Assembly (NCBI GenBank): GCA_051313645.2
Contig: JBNRSN020000005.1
Span: 192,572,001 to 192,636,000 of the forward strand
Origin: Centroscyllium fabricii
Taxonomy: Eukaryota
Direction of reading: 5' to 3'
DNA length: 64,000 bases
Position 1 is the stretch's first letter, and every line of letters starts with the position of its first letter. The position numbers and the translations under genes are program-made. Below are positions 39,126-51,694 of this stretch, one piece after another. The notes beneath the pieces are model-generated. The model saw only the letters and a list, made by a program, of their open reading frames with translations, made no database searches and had not been told where the DNA came from.

Positions 39126-40093
39126 TGTAACGTTTGGGTGATGGGACCCAAATGCAAGACACTGAGAAAACAGTCTAAAACTCAGATTCCTTTATTTCAT
39201 ATAATGTAACCAAACCTATATTAAATACATCCATACATACAAATAATATACATATAAAGCAAGTCTTCAGAAGGAAAACTGGAACAAGCTTAATACTGAA
39301 CTGAACCCTCAGGACACTCGGCAAAGAGCATCCTCATAACAGAAAGGGCCTCATTGTAGTAAGAATGAAATGTCCAAAACTGAGTTCAGGTGATTTAGAG
39401 CAATGTACAACTGAACCCCCAGGACACTCAACAAAGAGCATCCTCATAACAGAAGGGCCTCATTGTAGTAAGAATGAAATGTCCCATCCTGAGTTCAGGT
39501 GATAGAGAGCAATGTCCAGAATGTAGAAATGGAATTCTCCAGAGTCCTGTCCATCGCAGGGACTCACTCCAACCTGGGTCTTCAGAAAGAGAATCCATTA
39601 TCCACAAGCAGGGGAACGCCCCATGTACATTTGCCTCCACGGAGCTACTGAGTTCAGGTGATAGAGAGCACAGTCCAGAATGTAGAAATGGAATGTCCAA
39701 ACCTGAGTTCAGGTGATAGAGAGCAATGTCCAGAGTGTAGAATTAGGAATTCTCCAGAATCCGCTCCACAGCAGGGACTCACTCTCACTGAGTTTTCTGA
39801 AGGAGACTCCATCATCCATAAGCACAACTGCCTCCCACGGAGCTAGGACAGCACCTCTGTGTGTCCTAGTTGTAAGTAGTAATGATCCGGCAACTTGCTG
39901 GTCTCAGCTCTAAGCTTATAAGCAAATCAAGCTAACTAGATTGATTAGAGCTATCCAATCAAGTGCATGTAACAGTGAACGAGGTACACTGAGGTATGTG
40001 CACAGGTAAATGAGGTACAACAAGCAAAAACATAGAATACAAAGATGGATTCCTTAAAGGGGAATTCCTTGAAAAGGAATCCACCCTATGACA
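39126..40093 (-). mobile_element. Solo LTR related to Sushi-like element D
   Basis: TG...CA ends; TSD AAAGG (39121-39125 and 40094-40098); termini TGTCATAGGGTGGATTCC and TTGCATTTGGG...CGTTACA resemble 62496-62992. Confidence 0.9.
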
Positions 40094-40109
40094 AAAGGAG
40101 AGAAAGAAA

Positions 40110-40545
40110 TGTTAGTCTTAGTAATGGCGATCATGATAGTATTGTCGATTGTTGCAAAAACCCATCTGGTTCACTAATGTCCTTTAGGGAAGGAAATCTG
40201 CCGTCCTTACCTGTTCTGGCCTACATGTGACTCCAGACCCACAGCAATGTGGTTGACTCTTAATGCCCTCTGAAATGGCCAAGCAAGCCACTCAGTTGTA
40301 AACAACCGCTGTACAACATTGTGGGTGTACCTACACCATATGGACTGCAGCGGTTCAAGAAGGTGGCTCACCACCATCTTCTCAAGGGCAGTTAGGGATG
40401 GGCACTAAATGCAGGCCTAGCCAGCCAGCGATGCCCACATCCCATCAATGAATTTAAAAAAAATGATCACATTGAATGGCGAAGCATGCTCGAAGGGCCG
40501 AATGGCCTGCTCCTGCTCCTATTTCTTATATTGTTATGTTCTTAA
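40110..40545 (+). mobile_element. 5'-truncated SINE whose tail is shared with the 36277 LINE, followed by a CR1 tail remnant
   Basis: 40314-40463 is closely similar to 37048-37195. Confidence 0.75.
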
Positions 40546-40634
40546 GCAGAACGATATGATGCATTTCACTTTATATGCGTTTTCCCAAACAATTTCAACA
40601 AAGAACAAAAATATTCCTCTTTGGCATCGATTAC

Positions 40635-41018
40635 GGACGACACGGTGACGCAGTGGTTAGCACAGCTGCATCGCAATAAGGAGCTCCTGGGTTCGAATCC
40701 TGCTTGGCCCGGGACCTCTCTGCATGGAGTTTGCATGTTCTCCCCGTGTTCGTGTGGGTTTCCTCCAGGTACTCCGGTTTCCTCCCAACACCCAAAGACA
40801 TGCAGGTTAGGTGAATTGGAGATACTAAAAATTGCCCATGAGTATGTGTGTGAGATATAGTTCTTAGAGTTGGGGGTGTCGGGGAATATGGGGAGAGGGT
40901 GGGAGGGGGTTGCTGCATTTGGTTTATCAGCCATGATCTCATCAAGAAATGGCAGAGCAGGCTCAAAGGGCTGAATGGCCTACTCCTGCTCCTATCTTCA
41001 GTGTTCCTGCGTTTCTGT
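40635..41018 (+). mobile_element. HE1-like V-SINE (second subfamily)
   Basis: A/B boxes, V-domain and tail; TSD GATTAC at 40629-40634 and 41019-41024. Confidence 0.92.
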
Positions 41019-41094
41019 GATTACATTCGGAAAACACAAAGACAGCTGCACGGAGGGGACAGATCCGTCTTCTGAAACAATGATTTCAAAGTAG

Positions 41095-42705
41095 ACCCGA
41101 TTGTTCCACTCTGGTTAGTGATCCACACTCAGTAGAGTTCTACAGTGATCGATACTCCGAGTAATACATGGTCACTGGGATCAGGTGTTCCACTCCTGTG
41201 AAATTCCACACTCAGTAGAGTTCAATCGTGAGAGATACTCCCAGCAATACATGGCCACTGGGGTCAGCTGTTCCACTCCTGTGATGATCCACACTCAATA
41301 CAGTTCCACAATGACAGATACTCCCAGCAATACATGGTCACTGGGGTGATGTGTTCCACTCCTGTGATGATCCATACTCAGTACAGTTCTACAGTGACAG
41401 ATACTCCCAGTAATACATGGTCACTGGGGTCAGGTGTTCCACTCCGGTTAGTGACCCACACCCAGTAGTTCTACAGTGAGAGATACTCCCAGCAATACAT
41501 GGCCACTGGGATCAGCTGTTCCACTCCTGTGATGATCCATACTCAGTACAGTTCAATAGTGACAGATACTCCCAGCAATACATGGTCACTGGGGTCATGT
41601 GTTCCACTCCTGTGATGATCCACACTCAGTACAGTTCTACAGTGATCGATACTCTGAGTAATACATGGTCACTGGGGTCATGTGTTCTACTCCTGTGATG
41701 ATCCACACTCAGTAGAGTTCTACAGTGATCGATACTCCCAGTAATACATGGTCACTGGGGTCAGGTGTTCCACTCCGGTTAATGACTCATGCCCTAGTTT
41801 CACTGGAGGCTACGAATTCCCGAATCGTGCCGATTTTTAAATTTGGCCGATTCGTGGGTCATTCTTGCAATTCGTAGTGGATTCGTAGTAGATTCGTAGT
41901 GGATTCGTAGCGGAATCGTAGAGTTCGCGGTAGTTCGCGGGAGTTCTTTTACTTTTAAGGAAAGTTTTTGTTTGTCAAAAAAATTCGTAGGAGGGTTCAC
42001 GAATTTTCAATTCGTGATAGATTCGTAAACAATTCGTGACCCATTCTTACCGTTCGTGACCCTTTCTTACCGTTCGTAACTGATTCGTAGTGGATTCGTG
42101 GTGCATTCTTGACTATTCTTGGGCATTCTTCATTTTTTCAAAATCAAGAATGCACCACGAATGCACCACGATTGTCCACGAATGTCCACGAATGCACTAC
42201 GAATGCCATTCGTAGATAATTCGTAGCTAATTCGTAGAATTCGTAACTAATTCGTGGAGTTCGTAGTGGATTCTTAATTAATTCTTGCAATTCGTGGTGG
42301 ATTCGTGAGTGATTCGTACCTCATTCGTAAAATAATTCGTGATAGATTCGTAACCTTGTCCAGAATCGCCAAGAATTCACCAAGAATCGCCAAGATTCAA
42401 CCAAGTATTTTTCGCATTTACATGCAGAATCACCAAGAATCGCCAAGATTTCGATTCTGGACGATTCTTGGGATACTTGGCATACTTAGCCTCCAGTGAA
42501 ACTAGGGCATCACACCCAGTAGTTCTACCGTGACAGATACTCCCAGTAATACATGGTCACTGGGGTCATGTGTTCCACTCCGGTTAATGACTCACACCCA
42601 GTAGTTCTGCAGTGACAGATACTCCCAGCAATACAAGGTCACTGGGGTCAGCTGTTCCCCTCCTGTGATGACCCACACTCAGTAGAGTTCTACAGTGACA
42701 GATCT
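41095..42705. repeat. About 83-bp tandem repeat, split by a MITE
   Basis: TTCCACT at 41104, 41188, 41271, 41354 and onward. Confidence 0.93.
41790..42509. mobile_element. MITE (Harbinger-like), ATTCGT-rich
   Basis: Perfect 23-bp TIR TGCCCTAGTTTCACTGGAGGCTA; TSD TCA; the empty-site monomer AATGACTCACACCCAG is present at about 42586. Confidence 0.95.
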
Positions 42706-43003
42706 TTGTAGTAATGGATTATGTCAGAGAGTTGCCCGCTCTGAGCACTGATTCAACAGTACACCATATCCCACTAACGGCAAAAACCTGATCATTCAGC
42801 GAGCCTTTGAGCTATCCGCGGAGATTTATTTTGAGTTCAGGCAATGACATTAAACTACAGAACTTGTTCCAGGCACTTAACATAACGAAATAACTAAACA
42901 CTGATCGCACGTCTTGAGAACTATGAGCACTAAATTCACAGAACTAGAGCAGAGACCTGCTCACACAGAGATTTACACAATTTCAGTGGTTATAGTCACT
43001 TAC

Positions 43004-43062
43004 CAGGAATACCAATGACGGCAAGCATCATGTAATATATTTTCAGGAATCGGTCGATTCAT
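43004..43062 (-). pseudogene. GPR139/142-like GPCR exon 1 (start of TM1)
   Basis: FLKIYYMMLAVIGIP-G|GTAAGT; the phase-1 donor at 43003 joins exon 2 as GIP-V-NLVAI; the ATG at 43062 is 1 nt out of frame and the ATG at 43031 is in frame. Confidence 0.8.
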
Positions 43063-43147
43063 TTTCTGTGTGAAGCGCTGTGTCCCTTCGTGCTGCAGGC
43101 AATCTCTCTGAATTATACTCTGAGGTGATACATTCCCAGACCTTTAA

Positions 43148-43153
43148 TTTATA
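43148..43153 (-). promoter_or_regulatory. TATA box of the GPCR gene
   Basis: GGGTATAAATTAAAGG about 86 nt upstream of the ATG at 43062. Confidence 0.5.
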
Positions 43154-43400
43154 CCCTGCAGGATCTCCACGGGGACATTGAGGTTGCAACATCGCTGGAA
43201 ATAGTTACTTTTAAAATTTTCACGAACAGATTACGACAGCTGCATTAATTGCCTGTTATGAAAGAGTATATTTTGTGCTGAGATTCAAATTGAAATCCCC
43301 AAAGACTGGATTCTGACCACGTTAATTAGCTAATGAAAACTGACAGCTGTATTCTGCCAGCACTAGGGTTGTTGTTGTTTCAAGCACCTTCAGTGCATGT

Positions 43401-43796
43401 CATAGAAACATAGAAGCAGGAGAAGGCCATTCGGCCCTTCGAGCCTGCTCCGCCATTCAATGAGATCATGGCTGATCATCCAAACCCAGTACCCTGTCCC
43501 TGCCCTCTCCCCACATCCCTCGATCCCTATCGAGCCTGCACCGACACATATCCCACCCTATCCCCGTAACCCCACATATTCAATCCCCCTAACACTAAGG
43601 GTCAATTTATACTGGCCAATCAACCTAACCCGCACATCTTTGGACTGTGGGAGGAAACCGGAGCACCCGGAGGAAACCCACGCAGACACGGGGATAATGT
43701 GCAAACTCCACACAGATAGTACCCGAGGCTGGATTTGAACCCGGGTCTCCAGTGCTGTGAGACAGCAGTGCTAACCACTGTGCCACCGTGCCGCCC
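43401..43796 (-). mobile_element. HE1-like V-SINE
   Basis: Reverse complement closely similar to 22908-23323; TCATA at both junctions. Confidence 0.92.
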
Positions 43797-43849
43797 TCAT
43801 AACTCATGTTGTTTCGCTGATATCCTTTACAATGCTGTTGCGATTCTGT

Positions 43850-45992
43850 TATTAAATTCCAAATGTTAGAGTGTCCGCTCACGGCTGCTGTGCTGCCTCT
43901 GGGATGGGGCCGACCACTTTAACTGTGGCCTTCCAGTAATTCAATTCCAATGGTTAGAGTTTGCTCTCAAGGCTGCTCTATTGTATTCTGGGATTGGGCT
44001 CTCTTCTTTAACTGTGACCATTCAGTAACTCAATTCCCAATGTTTGAATGTCTTCTCAGGGCTGCTCTGCTGTACTCTGGGATGGGGCTGTCCTATTTAA
44101 GTGTGGCCATTCAGTAATTAAATTCAAATTGTTACAATGCCCTTTCATTGCTTCTCTACTGCATGTTGGGATTTGGCTGTCCTATTTAACTGTGGCCATT
44201 CAATAATTAAATTACACATGTTACAGTCTCCTCTCACGGCTAATCTTTTGCACTCTGGGATGGGTCTGTCCTCTTTAACTGTGGCCATTCAGAAATAAAT
44301 TCAAAATTTTAGAGCGCAGTCTCATGGCTAACCTGCTCTCTGGGATGTGGATGTTCTCTTTAATTTTGGCCATTCAGGAATTAAATTCCAAATGTGAGAG
44401 TGTCCTCTCACTACTGTTCTACTTCTCACTTGGATGGGGCTGTCTTCTTGAAATGTGGCCATTCAATAATTACATTCTAATTTTAAATTCAATTGAATTG
44501 AATTGAGGGCTGCTCCTTTGCGCTCTGGGATGTGGCTGTCCTTTTTACCTCAGGCCATAGATTAATTGAATTCCAATTTTTAGAGTGCCCTCTCAGTGCT
44601 TTTCTACTGCACCCTGGATGGGGCTGTTTGCTTTAACTGTGGTCATTCAGTAATTAAATTCCAAACATTAGATTGACTTCCCAGTGATGTTCTGCTGCTC
44701 TCTGGGATGTGAGAGCCCTAACTGTGTTCATTCAGTAATTAAATTACAACTGTTAGGGGGCACTCAATGAGCTGCTCTACTGTACTCTTGGATGGGGCTC
44801 TGCTCTTTAACTTTGACCATTCAGTCATCAAATTCCAAATGTTAGAATGCCCTCTCACGCCTGCTCGACTGCTCTCTTAGTTGGGGCTCTCCTCTCCAGT
44901 TTAACCATGAACATTCAGTAATTAATTCCAAATGTTAGAATGTCCTCTCAGCTGATCTGCTGTACTCTGGGATGGGGCTGTCCTCCTTAACTTTGGCCAT
45001 TCAGTAATTAAATTCCAAATGTTAGAGTGCATTCTCAGGACTGCTCCACTGCACTCTGGGATGGGACTGCCCTCTTTAACTGTGGCCCTTCGTTTATTAA
45101 TTTCCAAATGTTACAATGCCTGCTCAGGGCGTCTCTACTGCACTCTGAGATGGGGCTTTCCTCTTGAACTGTGGCTGTTCAGGATTTAAATTCAAAATAT
45201 TAGAGTGTCCTCTCATGGCTGTTCTACTGCATTCTGGGATGTGGCTGCACTCTTTAACTGTGGCCATTTATTAATTACATTCCAAATGTTAGAAGGCCCA
45301 CTCATTGCTGCTCGACTACACTCTAGGATGGGTCTGTCCTCTTTAACTGTGACCATTCAGTAAATAAATTCCAAATGTTAGAATGTCATTTCACGACTGC
45401 TCTACGGCACTGTGCGATGGTGCTGTTCTCTTTAACTGTTGCCATTCAGGTATTAAATTCCAAACGTTAGAATGCTTTCTCAGGGCTGTTCTGCTGCTGT
45501 CTGGGATGGGGATGTCCTCTTAAATTTTGCGCATTCAACAATTAAGTTCCTAATGTTAGAGTGTCCTCTCACAATTGCTCTACTGCAATCTTGAATGGGG
45601 CTCACCTCTTTAACTGTGAGCATTCAATAATCAAATTCCAAATTTTAGAATGCCTTCTCATGACTGCTCTATTGCTCACTTGGATGGGGCTCGACTCTTT
45701 ATCTGTGAACATTCAGTAATACAATTACAATTGTTGGAATGCCCTCTCAGGGCTGCTCTGCTGTATTATGGTATGGAACATTCCTCTTTAACTGTGGCGA
45801 ATCTGCAATTAAATTCCAAATGTTGGAGTATGTTTTCAGGGCTGCCCCACTGCACTCTGGGAGGGGCTGTTCTCTTTTACTGTGGTCAATCAGCAAGTAG
45901 ATTCTAAATGTTAGGGTGTCCTATCGAGACTGCTCTATTTCAGTCTGGGAGGAGACTATCCTCTATAACTGTGAACATTCAGTAATACAATT
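43850..45992. repeat. About 88-bp diverged satellite
   Basis: AATTAAATTCCAAATGTTAGA...GGGATGGGGCTGTCCTCTTTAACTGTGGCCATTCAGT, spacing 87-89 bp. Confidence 0.93.
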
Positions 45993-46004
45993 CATCACTA
46001 ATTG

Positions 46005-47493
46005 GCATAAAAAATAACAAAAAGGGTGTGTCAACAGTAGCTAACAAGGGAAATTAGGGATAGCATAAGATCCAAGGAGAGGTCATATAAATTGGCCAGA
46101 AAAGGCGCCAGTCCTGAGGATTGGCTTCAGTTTAGGATTCAGCAAATGAGGAGAAAGGGATTAATTAAGAGGCGGAAAATATAGTATGAGAGTAAGATTT
46201 CAGGGAACATAAAAACTGACTGTAAAACCTTCTATAGATATGTGAATAGAAAAAGATTGGTGAAGTCAAGCGTAGGTCCCTTGCAGTCAGAATCACGGGA
46301 ATGTATAACGGGTAACAAATAAATGGCAGACCAATTAAATATATATTTTGGTTCTGTCTTCACAAAGCAGGACACAAATAATCTCCCAGAGTTGTTGGGG
46401 AATATAGGTTCCAATGAGAGGGAGGAACTGAATGAAATCAGTATTTGTAGGGAAATGGTGTTAGGGAATTTGATGGGATTGAAGGACGATAAATCTCCAG
46501 GGCCTGATAATCTACATCCTAGGGTACTTAAGGAAGTGGCCCTGGAAATAGTGGATACATTACTGATCATCATCCAAAATTCTATAGACTGGAACAGTTT
46601 CCATGGATTGGAGGGTAGCTAATGTTACCCCACTATTCAAAAAAGGTGGTAGAGAGAAAACAAGGAATTATAGACCAGTAAGCCTGGCATCGGTAGTGGG
46701 GAAAATGCTAGAGTCCATTATAAAAGATGTAATAGCAGAGCACTTGGAAAACAGGGACAGGATCGGACAAAGTCTACATAGATTTACAAAAGGTAAATCG
46801 TGCTTGACTAATCTACTGGAATTTTGAGGATGTAAATGGTAAAATAGATAAGGGAGAACCAGTGGATGTGGTGTATTTGGACTTTCAGAAGAGATTAGCG
46901 TGTAAATTTAAAGCACATGAGATTGGGGGTAAGGTACTTACTTGGATAGAGAACTGGTTGGCTGACAGGAAGCAAAGAGTTGGAATAAACGGGACATTTT
47001 CCGAGTGGCAGGCAAGGATTAGTGGGGTACCACAGGGATCGGTGCTAGGACCCCAGCTATTCACAATATCCATTAATGATCCAGACGAGGGGATTAGATG
47101 TAATATCTCCAATTTTGCAGATGACACAAAGCTGGATGTGTGTTTGTGCTGTGAGGAGCATGCCATGAAATTCCAGTATGATTTGGACAGGTTGCGTGAT
47201 TAGGCAGATGTATGGCAGATGCAGTATAATGTGGATAAATGCGAGGTTATCCACTTCGGGAGCAAAAGCAGGGAGCCAGATTATTATCAGAATGGCAATA
47301 GATTGGGAGAAGGGGAAGTGCAACAAGACCTGTGTGTCCATGTGCACCAGTCGCTGAAGGGAAGCATGCAGCGAAGATTCACCAGGCTGATACCTGGGAT
47401 GGCAGGACTGACGTATGAGGAGAGGTTGGGTCGATTGTGATTATATTCGCTGGAGTTTAGAAGAATGAGAGGGGATCTCATTGAAACTTATAA
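46005..47493 (+). mobile_element. CR1 LINE ORF2 fragment with internal deletions
   Basis: KSPGPDNLHPRVLKE...NYRPVSL...YLDFQK...GVPQGSVLGP...FADDTK. Confidence 0.92.
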
Positions 47494-47768
47494 TGGCCCA
47501 AAAATTCGGGTTGGAGGCTTCCCACGAGTGCAAGCCTCCAACTCACACTTACGGAGCAAGCCTGCCGTTCTCAATTTCACCCACTTGAAATCCCAATCGG
47601 GAGGCCTGCTGAGAGGCCGGCATGCTGCGCTGATGCAACTGAACATTGGAGTTAGTGCGGGGCTCCGTGTGGGTTCACGTGGTCCGTGGGGAGCCAATCG
47701 GAGCAAAGAATGCTCCACATAAGTTTGACAGAAAGACCTGTCAAACTTATGAATTACTACAGCCCCAC
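47494..47768. mobile_element. Left part of a MITE of the 36051 family
   Basis: TAA|TGGCCCAAAAATTCGGGTTGGAGGCTTCC; 14-bp hairpin CATAAGTTTGACAG/CTGTCAAACTTATG. Confidence 0.75.
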
Positions 47769-47769
47769 A

Positions 47770-47936
47770 TCACAGTTAAAGAGGACAGCCCTATCCTGCA
47801 ATGCAGATGACCAGCCCCGAGAAGACACTCTAACTTTAGGAATTTAATTACTGAATGGCCACCGCTAAATAGGAGAGCCCCATTGCAGTTTACAGCAGAG
47901 AAACCCTGACAGGCCATGTTAACTTTTGGAATTTTA
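47770..47936. repeat. Two inverted monomers of the 88-bp satellite
   Basis: CACAGTTAAAGAGGACAGCCC and GGAATTTAATTACTGAATGGCCAC are reverse complements of the 43850 array. Confidence 0.85.
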
Positions 47937-47985
47937 TGGACAAATGCAAGAAGTCACACAACACCAGGTTATAGTCCAACAGTTT

Positions 47986-48534
47986 TATTTGGACTTCCAA
48001 AAGGCTTTCGATAAGGTCCCACATAAGAGATTAGCGTGCAAAGTTAAGGCACATGGGATTGGGGGCAAGGTATTGACTTGGATAGAGAACTGGTTGGCAG
48101 CCAGAAAGCAGAGAGTAGGAATTAACGGGTCTTTTTCCGAGTGGCAGGCAGTGACTAGTGGGGTACCGTGGGGATCGGTCCTTGGACCCCAGCTATTCAC
48201 AATATACATTAATGATCTAGATAAGGGAAGTAGATGTAATATCTCCAGGTTTGCAGGTGACACAAGGCTGGGTGGGCGTGTGTGCTGCGCGAAGGATACC
48301 AAGAAACTCCAGGATGATTTGGACAGGTTGGGTGATTGGGCAGAAGCGTGGCAGATGCAATATAACGTGGATAAATGCGAGGTTATCCACTTTGGTGTCA
48401 AAAGCAGAAAGGCAAACTATTATCTGAATGGAAATAGATTGGGAAACCGAGAAGTGCAACAAGACCTGGGCGTTCTTGTGCACCAGTCGTTGAAGGTAAG
48501 CATGCAGGTGCAGCAGACGGTGAAGAAGACAAAT
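47986..48534 (+). mobile_element. CR1 RT fragment
   Basis: YLDFQKAFDKVPHKRL...WQMQYNVDKCEVIHFG. Confidence 0.9.
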
Positions 48535-49004
48535 GGGCCAGTGCTGAATTAGCATCAAAAATAGCGCCCCGCGCTAAATGCAGCTGGGCACTAAACTGGG
48601 GGCTAACTGTTAGCGCCCCAACAAATTTAGTGCCCAGCTGGACTTCCTGAATTACGTCATCAGGTTGTGCAGCGCCTGGGAGGCACTGCACGGCCGAAAT
48701 TGGGCAGCGCCCATCGTTTCATCATGGCGCTCTGCCAGCACCAGCCTTTTTCTGTCCAAACAGCAGCGCCTGAGCACTGCTTAAGGGAAGTGCAGCGTTC
48801 AGCCATTTTTATTGCTGGCCGACCGCCAGCACCTTCCCCCTAGCCTCCCCCGCTGCTCCCCGGAAGGGTGAGTCTTCCCTCAGCTGAGCCCGGTACTTCC
48901 TCCGAGTGCCGGGCTCGTTCTGCGGCTCCCGGTCCCTCGGCAGCCCCACATGGCTCTCGCTGCAGCCACACTAGGCCCCTCACCTTTAATGGGGGAGGCC
49001 GGCC
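48535..49004. mobile_element. Probable one-ended non-autonomous TIR element
   Basis: Starts GGGCCAG; AGCGC-rich like 6900-7191. Confidence 0.35.
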
Positions 49005-51113
49005 TGTGTGATTTCTGTTTGAGCTTTAACAGTTGAAGTCTCTGTCTCAGTTCCTTACTCTGCTTTTCTTTTGCACAGCAGGGTAGCGTGGTGCACAACT
49101 TGCGACCCATTAGTAGTTCAGCAGTTGAAGAACCACAGTCCAAAGGGGAGGCTCGGTAACTCAACAGAGCGAAATAAGAATCAGACTTGCTTTCTGTTGC
49201 TTTCTTCAGTAGCTGTTTGAGAATTTGAACACATTTCTCTGCCTTACCATTCGATTGAGCATACAGAGGACTAGATGTGATGTGCAGAAAGTCATAATGT
49301 GCTGCAAACTGTTGCCACTCCTTACAGTTGAAGCACGGACCATTGTCGCTGATGGAAATTCTGGGAATCCCATGTCTGGCGAAGATGGATTTGACATGCA
49401 ATATGACACTGCTTACTGATGTTCTTGAGAGCAGCGCCATCACAGGATATTTAGAATAGTAGTCAATCACTAATATATAGTCTTTACCATTCAAATGGAA
49501 AAGGTCCATACCAACCTTTTGCCATGGTGCTGTTTGTAAGTCAACTACTATCATTGGTTCCTGTGCTTGTTTACTTTGGTGTTTCTGACATGTCTCACTT
49601 TTGACTATCATGTTCTCCATGTCCTTATTTATGTCAGGCCAATAAACAGTGCCTCTTGCTCTCCTTTTGCATTTTTCAATTCCGAGGTGTCCCTCTACTT
49701 TTGAGCATGTCTCGATGTAGAGCTTGTGGAATGACTATTCTGCTCTGTCTTAGTAATAGTCCATTTGTGACACTCAACTCTGACCTTATGTGATGGCACT
49801 TTGGACAGGAACCTTTTGGCCAACTATGATGAATGTTCTCTATCACTGTTTGTAAAATTATATATTTTACTACTTCTTCTGAGTTTGCATTGATTTTGTG
49901 CCTGACACGGGCAGTGCAACAGTGACCATACTCGGTTCCCTCCTGAAAATCTGTCCTTCCTCAGTTCTAACAGTGTATGACCTTGGTCCTACTTCCTCAA
50001 GAAATGTAGCTTTCCTGCTCCATGCATTTGGATCCTCAATCCTGACAACATCACCCCTTGTCAATGGTTTCATAGTTTTGGATGACTTGCCATAGTGTGA
50101 TTTCTGTTTCAGCTTTAACAGTTGAAGTCTCTGCCTCAGTTCCTTACTCTGTTTTATTTTGCACAGCAAGGTAGCGTGATAGGACCATAATCACACAAAC
50201 ATCCACGTCTTCTTCAGTAGAGCTCACGTGACTCACTGTGGGTGCTCGGGATAGTGCATCTGCTAACTGCTAACATTATGTGTTTGCCTGGTGTGTAGAT
50301 CAGTTCAAAGTCATATCATAGCATCCTCCAATGTTAGTTCAGTTTATCTCAACAGATGTTCCCTGACCTTTTTATCATTAACACCAAACACAATCTGGTC
50401 GCGAATCATGGATGATTTCAGCTCAGAGAAATTACATGGCTGTGCTTTCAGTTTCAGATCGGTCACAAAGCTATCAAAAGTCTAATTTTGCTGCTGAGTC
50501 CGTGAACGGAACACGCATCTCTCATAGGTCTCGTTCTTTTTGGGAGAACAATGTGCATCAAACTTCTTTAGCACGTCGTCCATTTTTCCTTTGTCATCCT
50601 CTGGATTAAATACAAATGTATTAATACCCCTATCGCCTGTGGGCCTGCAACTGTGAGCAACAATGCTATTTTCCTTTCATCTGGCTTCGTATCTAACCTG
50701 ATGGCAGCAATGTAGAGTTCGAATTGTTGTTTGAAAGTCCGCCAATTGCAGTTGACATTCCTCGTGAGCTTCAAACTCTGCAGTGGCTTCAAAGTATCAA
50801 TGTCGCATTTTGCAATATTCAGCAGTTTTTTCAACCAGTTTTCGTAATATTCAGCAGATAGTACGACTTTTGCAATATTCAGCAGATATTACCACTTTTT
50901 GCAAGTCTGCAGATTTTACCACTCCTAGGTATCATGTTATGTTCATGATGATTATGTCGACATTTTTATTATGAACAGCTAGCTTTAATCTAGTCATTTA
51001 ATTCAGCACAATTCAGCACAAGTTGACTTGCATCCATGTTTAACAACAAGTAAGTAGAGTTAACAAGATCAGCTCTATAGATGCAGCTCACTACTTTACA
51101 TGCAGCTACACCT
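49005..51113 (-). mobile_element. Ty3/Gypsy element A (Mag-like), heavily deleted; its 5' LTR starts at 50935 and continues at 62467-62495
   Basis: Integrase VGMDLF/SDNGP, gag NWRTFKQQFELYIAA, degenerate PBS TGATACCTAGGAGTGG; related to element C. Confidence 0.85.
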
Positions 51114-51551
51114 TGATGTGACAAAAGAGACCTATACATCAATAACTCTAAGGGGCCCTTCACAATTGTCAACATTTTCACAAGTGTACAAAGAGTACTC
51201 TTTTTTGCTACCCCCTCCCCCCCCCCTGGAAGTGTACACCAAAAATGTTTATTTTTTCCAACATCATCCATTGAATTTAATTAGCACAGGGAGGTTTAGA
51301 AAGGAACCAGAGTGACTGCAGACTCATCAGGGAGATCCTCGTTACTCAGAGTCACTGTCTGCGGTCATGGGCCGGGGGGCCGGCAGCCTTGTGTGTTGAT
51401 GGAACTTCAGATCTGTAAAAATCAGCACAAGATGACAGTAAACACACTGACTGACCAGCCGCACAGCAATCCCCATCCCCGGCCCTGGCCCCGGCTCCTC
51501 CGGGAGGACAAACCTCAACCGCGGCAGCAAGGCCCAAGGCGCAGCCCGACC

Positions 51552-51694
51552 GCATTTGGATGAGCACTTGAGATGTCATAGCATACAAGGCTACGGACCA
51601 AGTGCTGGAAAATGGGATTAGAATAGAAAGGGCTTGATGGCCGGCGCGGACATGATGGGCCGAAGGGTCTCTTTCTGTGCTGTAAAGCTCTATG
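51552..51694 (+). mobile_element. CR1 3' tail
   Basis: Closely similar to 6620-6722. Confidence 0.85.
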
